The notes: a model not told the origin generated them from the sequence alone. DNA of 64,000 nt from Podarcis filfolensis (GCA_964270895.1 OZ185437.1), one strand, 5' to 3'; shown: positions 13,901 through 28,900, counted from the stretch's first letter. Numbers and translations: made by a program.

Positions 13901-16900
13901 GAGTTATTCTGGTGAATACTGACTAGGACTCTCTGTTTTGAATAGTGAATATATTAAGACAGTTTATGCAAAAACCCAGCTACTTGGAAAGGTAAGTAAA
14001 ACAAGTTTTTGGCAACTTGAGTTTTAGGAAAGGCTATGCATAAAAATGAGTTAGTGATGTTAATGGAAACGTTTCACCAACCAAAGCTGGCATGATTCAT
14101 CTCAAGCAATTTCATACATTCCTGTGGCTCACATATTAACAACCATGACGACTCACGGAAGAAGTGTTTTTCCAGGGACTCTTGCATGGAAGTCTGTGTT
14201 TTCAAACATAACTGGTTCACAGCCTCATACTTCTTTATCAATGATGTGACAGTGCCCCCAAGAGTCTCCAGCTCCACAGATGGATATTTGCGACACAGGC
14301 TGTTAAGTGTTTCCTGAGTGGAATCAAAGTTGCTCTGCTGCTGCTGCAGGTCCTTTTGTATTTTCTGAGCAAAAATTTGTAACATCAAGTAGAGAACATT
14401 ATGTTTATTTAAATCTATCATGAACACATACACACCATCTTACTTATTTATATCTATTCCCTACTTGGAATTGGAAGGGACCCCTGAGGGTCATCTAGTC
14501 CAACCCCCGGCAATGCAAGAATATGCAGCACTCTCTTAAAGGGGTTGAACCTGCAACCTTAGAGAGGGAAATATCAGCCATCAAAATAGAAAATAAATCA
14601 ATTTTAAATTATTCTACTAACTGTTTTACCTCTGTATGAAGTACACTGAAACTATACACCATTGTCCCTAATTCTGGGACACTTCCTCATGTATCAGTTG
14701 AACTGAGGTTTCTTGAAATGTATGTGCAGCCCTGCTTACATTTTTTCTAGACTTAGAATCTAAGCCTTAGACCCTGGAAATACCTTTGATTCACTGCCAT
14801 TATAGCTTCCAACATCTTTGCTACAAGTTTCTATCATGCCTAACAAAGCAGGAAATTTCTCCACTCTGGACCATATGAAAACTACTGTATAGTGATAACT
14901 TTTCACATTTTGACTTGGAAATAGATGGCTGATTTCTAGGGGGAAAGCGAGGGGGCAGGGGGAAGGAACAGTTTGCTTGTTTTCCTCAGTGCTTTTTTTC
15001 TAAAAAAATGTTTAGGGGTACTCTCATTTTGACTCAAGAAAATCACTATTTTATAGTTCAAATCGGGAAAAATAAATACAGTAACTGGACAAAAGTACAA
15101 AGATTCACAAAATGTTTAGGGGTATGCGTACCACTGAGTCCCCCCAGAAAAAAAGCACTGGTTTTCCTGATAATTCTAAACCAACACATGATAAATGCAC
15201 TATATTAAGTTAGTTTAAAATCTCATCCATTTCCTGTAATTGGCATTAAACAGTGAGATATCTGGGATGAAGTCTTTTTTGTGTGTCTCTGAGCTAAAGG
15301 TGCCATGAAACCAGGGCCGGCCCACACATGAGACAAGGTAAGGCAGCTGCCTCAAGCATCAGGATCTAGACAGGTGGCAGATCCGGCCTTCAAGGAGCAT
15401 GCTGGCAGCGGCTGTGAAGGTGGTGGTGGTGGGCAGCTGCTGCAACATGCTCCTTGGAACCCTGATGTGCTGCCTCCCACCACTGCCACCTCATCTGTGG
15501 TGAGAGTGTGACCAATGACAGGATGCCTATGTAGTGACAAGAAGGGTTATGGGGACAGGAGGAGGGCTGGCACAGGCATGCTGAGGCTCTGGTCACTACT
15601 GGAATGTAAACAAAACACTGCTAAGAGGGATCAGGAGGTGGCCAGAGCCGAGCAGAGCCAGGAGCCACCAAATCTGATACACTGTCCTCTCTCTCCTGCT
15701 GGTTGGGGGGGGCATCCCTGCCCCACCTCACAAGGCAACATCATGAACTTGGTTGTTAGAGTGGTGAGGCTGATGCTGGCCAACTGCTAACTTCACTAAC
15801 TTCAACTTCAATATGCTTCCCTCGCCTTGCATGCTGTCCTAGTTGGTGAAGAGAAGCAAAAACAGAACAAATGTCTGAAGGAGATGGAAGCTGGCAGGGG
15901 GGGGGATATGAACATTTTTATGAAAGGCAAGAAAGCAAACTGGTTCTGGGGAGCTCTCTACTTCCCACAAGTTCGATTTTCTGCCTTCTATAAAAGGTAA
16001 AGGTAAAAATCTGCCTTCTACCACAAGGTGATGCCAAAGCCTCACTAATGCCCTTCTACGGTGACGTAAGAATGGATATGGAATTCTGATGAACCATAAA
16101 GCTCTAAATACTATATTGTTTTTGTAATACTCACCTTGACTGTGCTTAGACCTGACAGATCCTGGCTATGAGCACAGCTTAGGAGTGATTCTTCCATTTT
16201 GGTGAGCCACTTTTCCATCTGATTAACAAAGTTATGCAACTGCATCTTCTGAGAACTGAAATCTTTTAGTGTTTCTTTTGCTATCTCAGACATTTCTTTA
16301 GTGTGCACCAGTTTTTTCCTTAAATCTGCTTCTAAAAACTAAAACAAAAACAAGCAGATTCATTAATGCAAATTCTCCCTGTCATAAAACAACTGAAAAT
16401 AATTATTATCCCACTTCTGTGGTACCATTTGTTAAATAAGAAAACATAAGGTCCTTTAATGAATCAACAATATAAACATTAAACCCCACAAGTGGCAGCT
16501 ACAAAAATAATAATGTTGCAGTATTGCCTTTCACCCTAAGAGGAGTCCTCTTGATCAGGGCTCCAGCTAGCCTTAAACAGAAGCTTACAGAGGTGTTCAA
16601 TGGGGGGGGGGGGCAGAGCTGATACCTTCCCTCCAGCTGCCAGTACCAAACTTTAGCATTTTAGTCTTACAAAGGTGGTCCCATTTTGCTTTCAAGCTGG
16701 CCCTTGACCACCTGCCTTCATTATTAAAAGGAATAATCTTATTGTGGCTGTTCTTTCATACAATCTTCAGCCTAACAACAGAAATTTCACAATAAGGCCA
16801 TCTGATCTTTCTTCTATGAAAGAATCAGGACCAGTCACTAAGTTACATGATGGATTTTTAAACACCAAGAGCCAAATATAGACTCCCTCTCGTCTATGTA

Positions 16901-19900
16901 TATAGTCTTGTAACAGGAACATTTAACAAAGATTGGAGCTATTAATTCAAATCAAACTTCATAGAAGCCTGAGACTGAAGGAGTGTGAAAGTCTGTTTGG
17001 GCTCCTAAAGGACCTTAAAGAACTAGCTGCAATGGGCTACAATATCTTACCTGAAGATTTGGGGGAACTTCTTCTGCATTTACTAATTCTTTAAGCTCAG
17101 ATATTTTTGAACTGATCTGTTCCACATTCTGTTCTTTATTTATAATTTGAGACTGTAAAAGAGCACATGAGGAAAAATGGCTTTAGTTTAATATCTCCAT
17201 CCCAACGACACTCTAAGTCAGAGGTTTTCAACCTTTTTGAGTCCACGGCTCCGTTAACCAACTATATTCTTTCTGTGGATCCCCTGTGGGACTCAGGAGC
17301 CCAGTTGTGTCACCCCTTGCCTGTAGAGCTAGCAAGAGCCGGGAAGGTATATAAGGGATATAAGGTCAGCATTTCCCTTTGGCTCTTCGCCACAGCAACA
17401 CGATTCCTGCCTTGCTGCGTTTGGCTTCTTGCTTCCTGATCCTCGGACCTCGGCTTCCTGATTCCCTGCTTCTCGACCCTCGGACCCTCGACTTTGTGAC
17501 TCCTTGCTTCCTGACCCTCGGACCCCTGGTTTCTGGACTCTTGTTCCTGCTCCCACCCCGCCATCTTGCCCCCGTTCCCAATGTCCTCAGCCGGGACTTA
17601 GATCGCCCGTAGACTGGACCATGACACACGGTGAAGCTAAAACTTCACTTCTGACCCCCACTGAAAGATAAATACTGTGGGAATTTGCCATGTGTCCTTT
17701 TTCCATAGTGCCAAAGAGTCCTCAGTTTACAGAATCTCCCTCAACAGAATCTCCTTGTAGCTCAAGATACAGGAAGTAGTGGTCAGTGCAACAGCATTGC
17801 TCACCTAGCTTTCCAATGCCAACCATTACTGAGAAGAAAAGGGAAACCAGCAAGGCAACAAGGAGTTCAGTGCAAGCATGGTGGGAGCCTCTGATGGAAT
17901 TTGTGACTGCAACCACATTTTGTTGATCTCCCTGCTGCCTTGTCTCTACCCCTCTGTCTCTGGATAACTGGCAGTGACCCTTGGCATTGGAAGCCTGATG
18001 AGCCAACCACTATTGGATATAGGCACAGGATCTAGATAAAGGTAGATGCATCGTTCTTAGTACTCCTGACTTTTTCAATTCTGCTGGGAATTCTTCCAAA
18101 AGCATTTAACACCTGTAAATTGTGTGTATTCATTGGATGTGTATTTGTTGCCTGTTAACAATTTAACGGTACCTGGCACTCTTCCAGGAAAGCCTCGGTT
18201 CCCTGGCAGCTGGCCAGGTTGCTGACAATGCCATTCATCTGTGAGATGGAGTTGTTGCACCACCCATCCACATCATCACCAACTGCCAGGACATCTTCCC
18301 ACAGTGACACACTGACACTCAGCCTATCTATGCTATCTTCAAGCTTCTCTGAAACCTGTTATGCAATGAAGAAAGCAATTAGGGATATTGCCCGATTAAA
18401 TAAATCTTTATTGATTATTCTAGTAAGTTTAAGTCAATTAATTGCTTAACTAATTGCTTAGTTCTGCTGACCCACCTGTCATTCTAGCACAGCTCACATT
18501 GATTGCTAAGACAGACTGAGAACATCCTCCTGACTATGCCATCTGTATACTGAGTGACAAAGGTGCCAGATTCTTCGTTGTTCTTACAAGATCCAAGTGT
18601 GTTTTCAAGGACCCCTGCTTAGTCACTGGGGAAAGGGAAGACCTTCCTCAAGGGTTCAAATTTATCCTCATGCCAGAAACAGGAATTTATTTTAAAGAAC
18701 TTGCAGCCTTGCTCAGGAACCTTTGTCCAGTTGCATTATCTTCACTCTGTAGTTGCATCAAATTATAGTGAATTTCTACCCAACCCTCTTCCTTCTCTAG
18801 TCATCACCACTAACCAGAAGCACACAGAGGAGCAGCAACCCTAACAAAAGGTAACCTTTATGCTTCTTATTCCTCCTTGATCTGCACAGAGTGAGAGTAA
18901 AAAGCCAAGCTGCCTCTGTGGCACTGGATCTGGGGGCTTGGTGTTAACTAGTGCTATAATCAATGCCTCATTCTCCTCCTGAATTTCAAGGCTGACTGCA
19001 TTACATAATGCACTGTGTGTGAATATATTGGTGTGCTTTTCTCCTTAAGAATAAGAGCTGTGTGGGGCACAATCAGGATTGGAACCATTACATGTAGGGA
19101 GGGGGCTTAACACTTTCCCTGATGAAAACTTTCCCTTCTGAAGTAGTTATTTCCTGCCAGGAGAAAAGACACACTTTGAGAAATCAAATTCACATTTCCT
19201 TCCATTTTATATAAATATAGTGTACTTAATAAACTGTTCGGCTGAGACTGCAGAGATCTGGGTTCAGACCCCAACTAGGCCAAGAAATTTACTGGGTGAC
19301 AAGGAGCCAGTTCCTGTTTCTCAAGTCAAACTACACACACACAGGATTGTTGAGAACTGTATGGGAAAACTCTGCATATGCTGCACTGTGCTCCTTGGAG
19401 AAATGATGCAATGCAATTCTGATAATTAATAAAAAAAATCTTTCAAGGTACCATGAATTCTTCATGGTTATGTATAATACACGCCAAGTTCTGATTATAT
19501 ATAACCCTTCATTCCCATGATTGGACTCACACTTCAGTTATTCACATTTTGAGCATCTGCGCATGCGCGAGCGGCGAAACCCGAAAGTAACCCTTTCCGG
19601 TACTTCCGGGTCACAACCTGAAAACGCTCAACCTGAAGCAAACGCAACACGAGGTATGACTGTATACTGCTTACATCCAGCCATTTGTCCACAGTGCTGT
19701 CCATGTCAACTTTTACTAGCATGGGATCACAGTTGGGAATCTTTTTCAGTTCTGCTAGCAAGTGTTTTCCTTTGTTAGTGAAGGCATCCAATTCCCTCTG
19801 TCTGTCATTCAACTCATTTCTGGCTGCTTCATGCTGTGAACAGAAACATTCGCTTGTTACAAAAATCTGTAAACAGATTCACCATCCATTCTGCCTAATC

Positions 19901-22900
19901 ACCTTTACACGTTACATTTTAAACTTTCCATCATGACCAACTTAGGCACCATTGATTTCAAGCAACTACTTTTATTTTGAAAAGGCCAATCTAGAGTTTT
20001 GCAATAAAGTTACTTACGCATTGTAGGTAAAGCAATGCACATATGTTTTACATTGCAGATACAGATCACAGTCAAGCAACTGCAACCAAACCCTACTGTT
20101 TCACTTGCAAATGTCTGCTATGCATTACATTACGTGACATAGGATTACCTTCTCATGTAGCAGCTCATTGCATAAAAGAATCTATCCTCAAAAGTGAAGA
20201 ATTGGCAGATGACTATAATCCTGCTAAAATGATTCACTAAATAATTACTACTTTTTTTAGGACGAAAGTATTTTAATTTACCTTTGATAAAGCCCATCTA
20301 ACATCTTCCTGGTCCTTCAACATGCCTTTTGTCATTGTAACATTGCTAGCAACCTCTATGGCTTTGCTTACTGTGGATTTCAGGCTCTGATATTCTCTTA
20401 TCAGGTCAACAAGGACACAACACTGCTCCTGCCTATGATGTGAGGAAAAAAATGTGATGACACGTATGCTTTGTCTACTGTGCGCCCAGAGTATGATTGA
20501 TCATGCAGAATTTCCTGTTGCCTTGTAGTTCCCTTCCCATGATATGCAGCAGCAGATATGAGGACATGCACTTTGATACAAAGGTCCAAGTAGAAAATGG
20601 AGGTACGTACATAAAGCAGCCGATAAAGCTGTTTTGCTCCTTTGAGCAGCCCTGTTCAAATGCTTGTGAACAGAACTAAATAGCCTGCAATTTTGCTTGC
20701 AGCAGTATGCTCACCTTGACAACGTAAAGTGGAACTGCCACTCTTGCCCTTCTCCTTGGTCTAGAAACCCGCATTTGGGTTTCTAGGGGAAGGTAGCAAT
20801 AGTGACCTCTGGCACAGAAACTTACAATGCAATAGTGACCTCTTCCAGAACCTTGGTAGTGTGTATGTTCCTGATTGGAACTATCAATACCAGAATCTAA
20901 TAGGGGTGGAATAAAAACCTCCACGACTTTCTCCTGCTCCAAAGGTAAATTTTTGAACTAAGGGGAAGGGAGAGATAGGAGGTGCTTTGTGAGTGACTTT
21001 AAGCCTCTATGGGCATTCAAATGCTAGTAGAGCATTTGCCACCATTCAGCTGGAGTTTTTGCAAAGGCTTGACCCTCTTCAGAACACCTGCAACTCTAGC
21101 AGCGTGTATTAAGTCAATACAACATATTTATAAAAACCTTCAATGTTTAAATATTGCAATTAATTAAATACCTACTTTTCTTGAATAAGTTTCTTAGTAT
21201 CCTCCCAGGTGACTTCCAAACAATTAATCTCCTTGTCAACTGCTTGAGCACGGTTTATATCTTTTTGGGCAATTTGCTTTGCTCTGCTCATCAGCCATTT
21301 TAGTTCATGCTGGTGAGAATTCAGTTCATCATCCAACTGATTAAAAATCCTTAATCTGTAATCAACATATTTATTACGTATTGTTAATTTGTTTTTAGGT
21401 TTCTTCATTAATAAATAAATATAACATCACCAAACAAAACAACAGACAAACAAAGCTACACCTCTGCAAACAGACAAAAATATAATATAATATTTGGTTA
21501 AGCATCACAATAACATTCTATAGCAACTGTGATTATATGAATCAAATTGTAGTACAATATATATTCTAAGAGAGAGAGCCAAAGGGGTGTTTTTGTCTTC
21601 ATTAAATTTTTGTATTTATCCCATACTCTATACAATTTTTCCCCTAATTATGTGATTTGTAAATCCTTTGTGTACTTTCACATTTTCATACCACAAATAT
21701 TATCTTGAACTTGTAAATCTAAGATACGTGAATTCTCCAATGTCATCCATTCCTTCAACCAACAAAGACATGATGCTTCATAATATAATCTCATATCTGG
21801 CAGGGAGAAACCTCCTCTCTCTTTTGCCTCTATCAATATTTTATTCTTGGTTTTTCCCCTTACCAGATATATTTAGAAATATCTTTTTGCCATACATTGA
21901 AACAATCTGTCTTGCCAATCACTGGAATTGATTGAAACAAAAATAACATTATTGGTAATACATTCATTTTTATAGTCGACACTCTACCTAACAGTGAAAG
22001 TTTCATTCTGTCCCAAAATTGCAAATTTCTTTTAATATCTTCCCAGGTTTTAAAATAATTATCTTTATACAGATTTATATTATTTGCTGTTAACCACATA
22101 CCTAGCTACCTAGGAAGGTTAACACCAACCCCATTTCTGATAGACAGTGTACTTGCAAATATTTTCTGAAATTTAGTCTATTTTTGTCCAATGTACGGTA
22201 AGTTCTATTATTGTAACTGTTTTCCATACAAATGCCTTCACATCTTAAATTTTATATCCCGTTCCATACAAGTATGTATGTCTTAAGCATTTGGCATATA
22301 AAGTATCTATTGTTTTGACAATTAACCTTATTACTTTCATCAAGAAAAAGGATGAAGGGCTAAAACTGACAACTCCACCCCACCATCAACCTCAACCTAG
22401 ACCAGCACCATCATATAATGGAAACCTACTGACGGCTACACATACCTACATGCTTTGAGCTTCCACTCAGAATATAGCACAAGATCCATTGCCTTAAAAC
22501 CAAGCCCTATTGATACAACCATGTCTGTTCCAATTCTTTTGACTAAGACCCACAACTTACAGATTTATAAATCAGGTCAACGAGACCAGACAGCAAAAAA
22601 TAAAAAATAAAAATGCTTTTTTGACTCAATACACAATCTTAGTAAGTGAAATGAGTTAAGAACCAGTTGCGAAAGTTATCCTCACATGATGCATGCATTC
22701 CTTTTTGTTTTACCTTTGCTGAACTTCTTGAAGGCTTGGTTCATTTAGTCCTTCCTTGTCAGCCCTTTCTTCGATATCTTCAATGCTTTTTAAGAGCTGT
22801 TCTTTGCGTTCCATGACAGACCTGTGCAGAGCTCCCAGGGCTTCTGCTTCACTCTGTTTCATTCCCAGCAAAGACTGGATGGACTCTAATTCTATGCAGA

Positions 22901-25900
22901 TATTGTCGGCGATACTCCTGCAGGAGATTCTTTGCTCAGAGCTTCCATGTTTTAAATGATATTGTGCTTTAGTAAGGGATGTATCTAAACTGGCTGCTGT
23001 AGATTCCAGTTTGCTGACATCTTGAATAACCTCACTCAATTCCTTCTCCAGCACTTCGGATTTAGACTTGTCCATGTTTCCAGTAGTTTCTACCATCTGC
23101 CTCAAATGGTGAAGAACTTGTGATGCAGTAGTATGAAGCTCTAAGAAGGCCTTCAGGTGGGGCAAAGCATCTTGCCTGCGGCTAATTACCTGACTGGCCT
23201 CCTGATAGAGCTGGAGACAGTCTTCAGCCTTATTCTGGAACACACTGTGATCTTCTGGCCGACTGAAAGAGCACAGCTTTTCAACATGACTCTTCAGACT
23301 CTGTAGTTCTTTGAACTTTCCTTCCACTTCCATTCTGTGTTCCTGTTAAGATGAAGGGTAGGGAATAAAAAGTGTTAAAAAGCAAAAGGAAAACACCTCT
23401 TCTTGGCATATGCCTTGCTTAGCACTGCCAGCAAATTTGATGTTAAAGTCATTTGTTGTTACTAAATTTCTGCTCGTTTCCTCCCCCCCCAAAAAATTCT
23501 GTACAACTTATTTTATTACAGGCAGCCTGCCATTTACGAGCATTCAATATGTGCACAACCATGTATACACACATCATACTAGACCCAGAAGTGACCCAGA
23601 AATGCGATAAAGATGTCACTGAATTTACCTTATTGTGACATACAGCAGGCTGTTGATCAGCTGTATTTATTTCAGATGTAGCATGTAGTTTACCAAGAAA
23701 TTGCTTAATCCAGTCAGAAAAACTGAGGAGTAGCTCATCGTACTGTCTATGCTCAGCAACAACAGACTGGAGGAAATTTATCCTGGAAGATGTTGAAATT
23801 AACATTTTCATTTGTATCTTGACTTGGTCAGAATTTTTTTTTTTTTTAGTTAAGGATGCAATAAAAAAAGTTACATATTCAATTATGTAAGTAATGTACA
23901 GCACAATCCTCTATGTGGGAATAAAAAACACAGCTGTGGGAAATAATAATGATAAACAGGTACAGCTAATCAAACACAAATTTTGCATGGCTCATCCCTG
24001 CAGGGGCACAGACAAATAGGAGAGCTGACACAGTGAATAGAGAGATGTATCACTCGAAAGGAAAACAATCTCATAACATCTTCTCTTTCAGAGTGCATTC
24101 TCAAATAAACTTTTGTTGGGGAGCTGACCAAGTGAATGATCCCCACATTGAGGCTGTATAAAGCAGTTCCTATAACCTACTCTGTTGCTCAAAGTAGACA
24201 TTGTCTTGAACTTCAGAACTGAATGTCTTCCATGCAGAAAACAGAAAAATGCCAGTGATTGTACATATGGGTTTCTTGGATTGTTGTACTCTCCACTTTA
24301 GTCCCCATCAAACAACATAGCCCAGTGTGTGATTTCCATTACATTCGCCACATTAACTTGTGGCATTCTGCATTCTGTCAGTGATCAGCATCTGTTTGCG
24401 AGTTAAGTGCTGCTATTTAAACAGAAACACAAACCTTTTGTTAATTATCTGAGGTAGAGTTTTCCATCTTCTATCTAAGTCCTCCAAGTCTTTTTTTAGT
24501 GTTTTCACACTTTCGCTGGAACTTGTTTTAAATAGTGATTCATTTAACTGCAGTAGGCTGGTATACAATGAAGCATAGGATGCAATATCAGATTGCAAAT
24601 CCTGAGAAACAAATATATATATATCTTAGTGTCAACCCTTTAATATGTAAATATTATAATTATAACTTTGAACCAAACACATCTAGAGAAAGTTAAATTG
24701 TAAGTGACTTAATTTTGCAGTATTTAACGAGGTATTGCAATTGACTGAATTTATTATGCAAGTCTCAGTGCTCATTGCTGAATGTTGTCCTGAATTAGTT
24801 TCCTTAAAACAATACTAGAAATGTATAAAGAAAACTCTAACAACAAAATTCAAATTAAAATATAGGTAATTATTTTAGATTTAGAAAAAGTAAAAACAAA
24901 ACAAAACACCAAAAATATCTAGAAATCAATTATAGCAAATAGAAACAACAAACATTAGTTTGAGAGCAATGTGAAACCATGCTTACTGAAATCCTCAGGG
25001 TGGCTCGAAACAAAGGGTGCCATTGCTAAGATTGATTCTTAACTGCTGTGAGGCCTCCTACACGTTTGGCAACTGTAACAAATCTGGTTTGCCAAAAGCA
25101 TGACAACAGAGAGCTGATCTCACACTGAAATATATTACAGAATTTGGTTCCATGTTGGTTTCACCAACATGAAAGTATATGTCACTGCAATTTGGGTGAA
25201 AAGTAATCAGAAAAGATTGCTGAGTTTTGAATGGTGGTGACATTTGATATAAAATGTTGCATTTGATATTTTATGTGTGTAGATTATCTGTTGAATTCAT
25301 TTACCATGCACAGGATCACCAATGTTTTTGAATCCATGAACAAACCAGAGAAACTGTTGTAGGCATCATATATGTTACTGAGGCAAGGTGCACACAACAT
25401 GTGGCTACTAACCCAAACACTTCTTTTGGCGGTCCCACATAGGCAGTCAAACAAGAGCTTTGCTGAGACCCCGGTGGGTTGCATTCAGCTTGATGGACCA
25501 GCAATTGTGTTCGCTTCAGGAATTCCAGAAACTGGGAAAATCAGTACTTAATCTTTGTCAGCACAAAGATTCCTGCTAGTGCATTGGGACTTCCACCCCT
25601 CTGCTCCCTCTGAATTCACCCCATGTCCTCCTCAAATCTACTCTGGATGGTTGGGGGACCCCATAACAGATATAGTATGTGTGTGTATTCTGTTGCAGAA
25701 GCAGAAATCCTTGCATTATGGAATTGCTTGCTTAGCACTATGTTGAATACAACCCTATGTCTTGAGCTCGTTTCAGTGAGCAGATTTTAAAATTATGCCT
25801 TAAGCTTAGCTCCTTTCAAGCATTCAGTGGAAAGCTGCCATGAGTTGCAGGTCTACACATTGTTTTGTAAAACAATAATAGCATGTAATTATTTCCCAGT

Positions 25901-28900
25901 ATAACCTACAAGAACAATGCAAGCAACCTATGCCAACCCACAAAACTTACTTGGACTAACTGCAGCTCACTTTCCACTTTGACTCTGTCGGCAGAAACAT
26001 GTTGCTCTGAAGGTCTGGCTGCAGCTTCACACCTTTCTAGCCAAATCGTGAAGGCGGAGAGCTCCTTCTCCTGTCTACCAGAACACAGCCCAAAAAAAGC
26101 TCATCAGTTTAAGTCCCATGAAACCAAAAGCTAGGAGACAGCTGCAGATATTTTTTCTGCCTGCATATCACACAGTGCTTTTCTCACCTCTGCCACTGTG
26201 CCAGGTGAACCTCTAGCGAGGCCTGTCTATCTTTAGCTTGTCTCAAAACCATTTCATGTCTTTGCTGAAGCATCAAAACATCCTGGGCGGCTTTTTCTTT
26301 ATTCATGATCTTGCGAGAACCAGATGACAGAGAGGCCAATGTTTGGTTCATTTTTTCCAGAACTTGACAAAGATCCTTATTTAATTCAACACAACAAAAG
26401 AGAAGACAATTACCAACCCTGTGGCCCTCACATAGTCTTACACATAGCTAAAAAGAAGTAGAACTAATTATGCCATGGCTTTATTTAAGTCATACTCAAG
26501 GGCAGTAGAAGAAGAATTGATGCTTTTGAATTATGGTGCTGGAAGAGACTCTTGAGAGTCCCGTGGACTGCAAGAAGATCAAACCTATCCATTCTGACGG
26601 AAATCAGCCCTGAGTGCTCACTGGAAGGACAGATCGTGAAGCTGAGGCTCCAATACTTTGGCCACCTCATGAGAAGAGAAGATCTCCCTGGAAAAGACCC
26701 TGATGTTGGGAAAGATGGAGGGCACAAGGAAAAGGGGACGACAGAGGACAAGATGGTTGGACAGTGTTCTCGAAGCTACCAGCCATGAGTTTGACTAAAC
26801 TGCGGGAGGCAGTGGAAGACAGAAGTGCCTGGCGTGCTCTGGTCCATGGGGTCACGAAGAGTCGGACACGACTAAACGACTAAACAACAACAAGTGCAGT
26901 AATTCCAGAAGGTGTTCAGGCTTGGCTGGTTGTATAACTGCTCAACCCAGGCTGATACTTAGAGGTTACAAGGCTTTATTGATAGTGGCACCACAACATG
27001 CAAAACTATCTGTAGATACACCACTATGCTGTGGACAAAAGGCAACTGCTGTCATATTTTATTTTTTCTGGAAGGCTGAATTGGGGGAATGCTTCCCTGC
27101 AACACTTATAGCTTTCTGATTAGCCTTCTTAAGACTGTCTTAGGGCAGTAGTGTTACTGGGTGGAACTGAAATAATATCTTTTTTAGCTAACTTTCCCCC
27201 ACCTGTTCTGTTAGTCCTGTTGACCACCCCTGCTCACGCTTGTTTAAAACAAATGGGGCTTCTCTCTTGCCCCCACAACACCAAGATTGCTGATTGCAGA
27301 AGTAATGTTCAACCAAGATTTCTTCAGTTGGGTGAATGTTGGCTACAGCCAGTACAAATACCTCTTCCATGCTAAACATAAAACTAGGTAACACATTTTA
27401 TATATATTTACCGTAACATTATGAAGGGCCTTGTAAGTCTCTGCTGAGGAACAGCATGAAGTATCAGTCTCTGCCAGTTTTCCTTCATATCTGGACAGCT
27501 CCTCTTGGGCCTAAACCAGAGAAATTAAGAAAAAGTACTAAATATTTACAAAGTTACAAATATCTACACATCTATGCATGCTTATTTGGTAGGAAATCCC
27601 ACCGGTACTCACACTCCAGTTAATTGTGCTCAAGGTAGAAAGCTCTGGGCTGCAGCCAACTATGTTCTACTCAGAGTAGACACAGTGAAATTAATGGACC
27701 TATGTTAGTCATGTCAGTTAATTCCAACAGATGTACTCTGTTGAGTAGGCCTAGCATTGCATCCAACTCTTTGGAAGAAAACCTTACATCTGTAACTGGA
27801 CTAGGTCCAGCTGAAGTTGGTGGGGCTTACTTCTGAGTAGACATAGACAGTGTTACACTCCACATCCCCAACAAGAATGGATAATTTAAAAAATATGGTG
27901 ACACTTTCTGTTCTGCAGGCAGATCAGTCTAGTTCGTCTTGGTTTTAGTTTAGTTTTAGCATTACCCACAGAGGATTGCAACTCATGCGTACAAAATACC
28001 CCATTAATTCAAGTGTGTACAACAGAAAGTATTTCTTTTAAGTGCACTTTTTGAGGTCTTCCCTGACAGTACATTTAATGGCCACTCTCTTCTGAATGAC
28101 AGAACAAGTTTATGTTGTCTACCTTTGCAAAGTTTTCTTCAAATTTTTGCTGTACTGATGCCTTTCCAGTTACTGATCCTTCCAGATGCTGTGTACGGTC
28201 CCGGAGTTCTTCCCAATACCTTCTGATCTGTGTCAACTTGGCTTTGATATGTGCTGATTCTCCAGACGTAAGATACTGAGAAAATGACTGAGCATCCTTT
28301 TCTAAGCTTGGGATTTCATTTTCCTTGTCGTCTATTTCTTTAATAATGACCTAAAATGCAAATAAATTTGTACGTAAAGAATCTATAGCATGTGTTTATT
28401 GCTTTCCTGCGAGCCATGCACATATATAGGAGTTAGTTACATTTGTTCTTGGGCGACTTCACACATTGCAGCCACCACATAAAACCAATTTAAATAGTTC
28501 CAGATAGCAGCTGCAGATGGATGGTGAATGATTCACAAATGCACAGGACTCTCTCTATGTAGAGCAAGCAGCACTCCATTGCAAATAGTTATATTGCTTT
28601 GTAGCAGGAAAAACAGTGAAAGACAATTAAAGTTTTAACATGATCGGCATATTACAAACTCAGTAGTTAAATTGTTAATGGCAATATTGTGCTGTGGTAA
28701 ATGTATGGAATATACAGTGCTTTTTTTCTATAAAAATATGTTTAGGAGTACTCTCATTTTCCTACTCATATTGAAAAACTGCTCCTCAATGAGGCCAAAC
28801 TTAGATTCTCAAAATATTTAGGGGTATGTGTACCCCTGCGTCCCCCCAGAAAAAAAGCACTGGGCATATATCACAGCACTGCATTATTAGTAACTATTTA

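Noticed and set aside
17310-17629. Several overlapping low-complexity ORFs on both strands
   Set aside because: They arise from tandem subrepeats of the solo LTR. They are not a gene, and not a CRISPR array (no constant repeat with unique spacers).
21573-22120. L1 ORF2 fragment as a functional or domesticated gene
   Set aside because: Frameshifted, stop-containing internal remnant.
25200-25520. Complex non-repetitive intronic stretch with two 60+ aa ORFs
   Set aside because: No recognisable protein, splice pair or repeat termini; cannot be supported without a database search.
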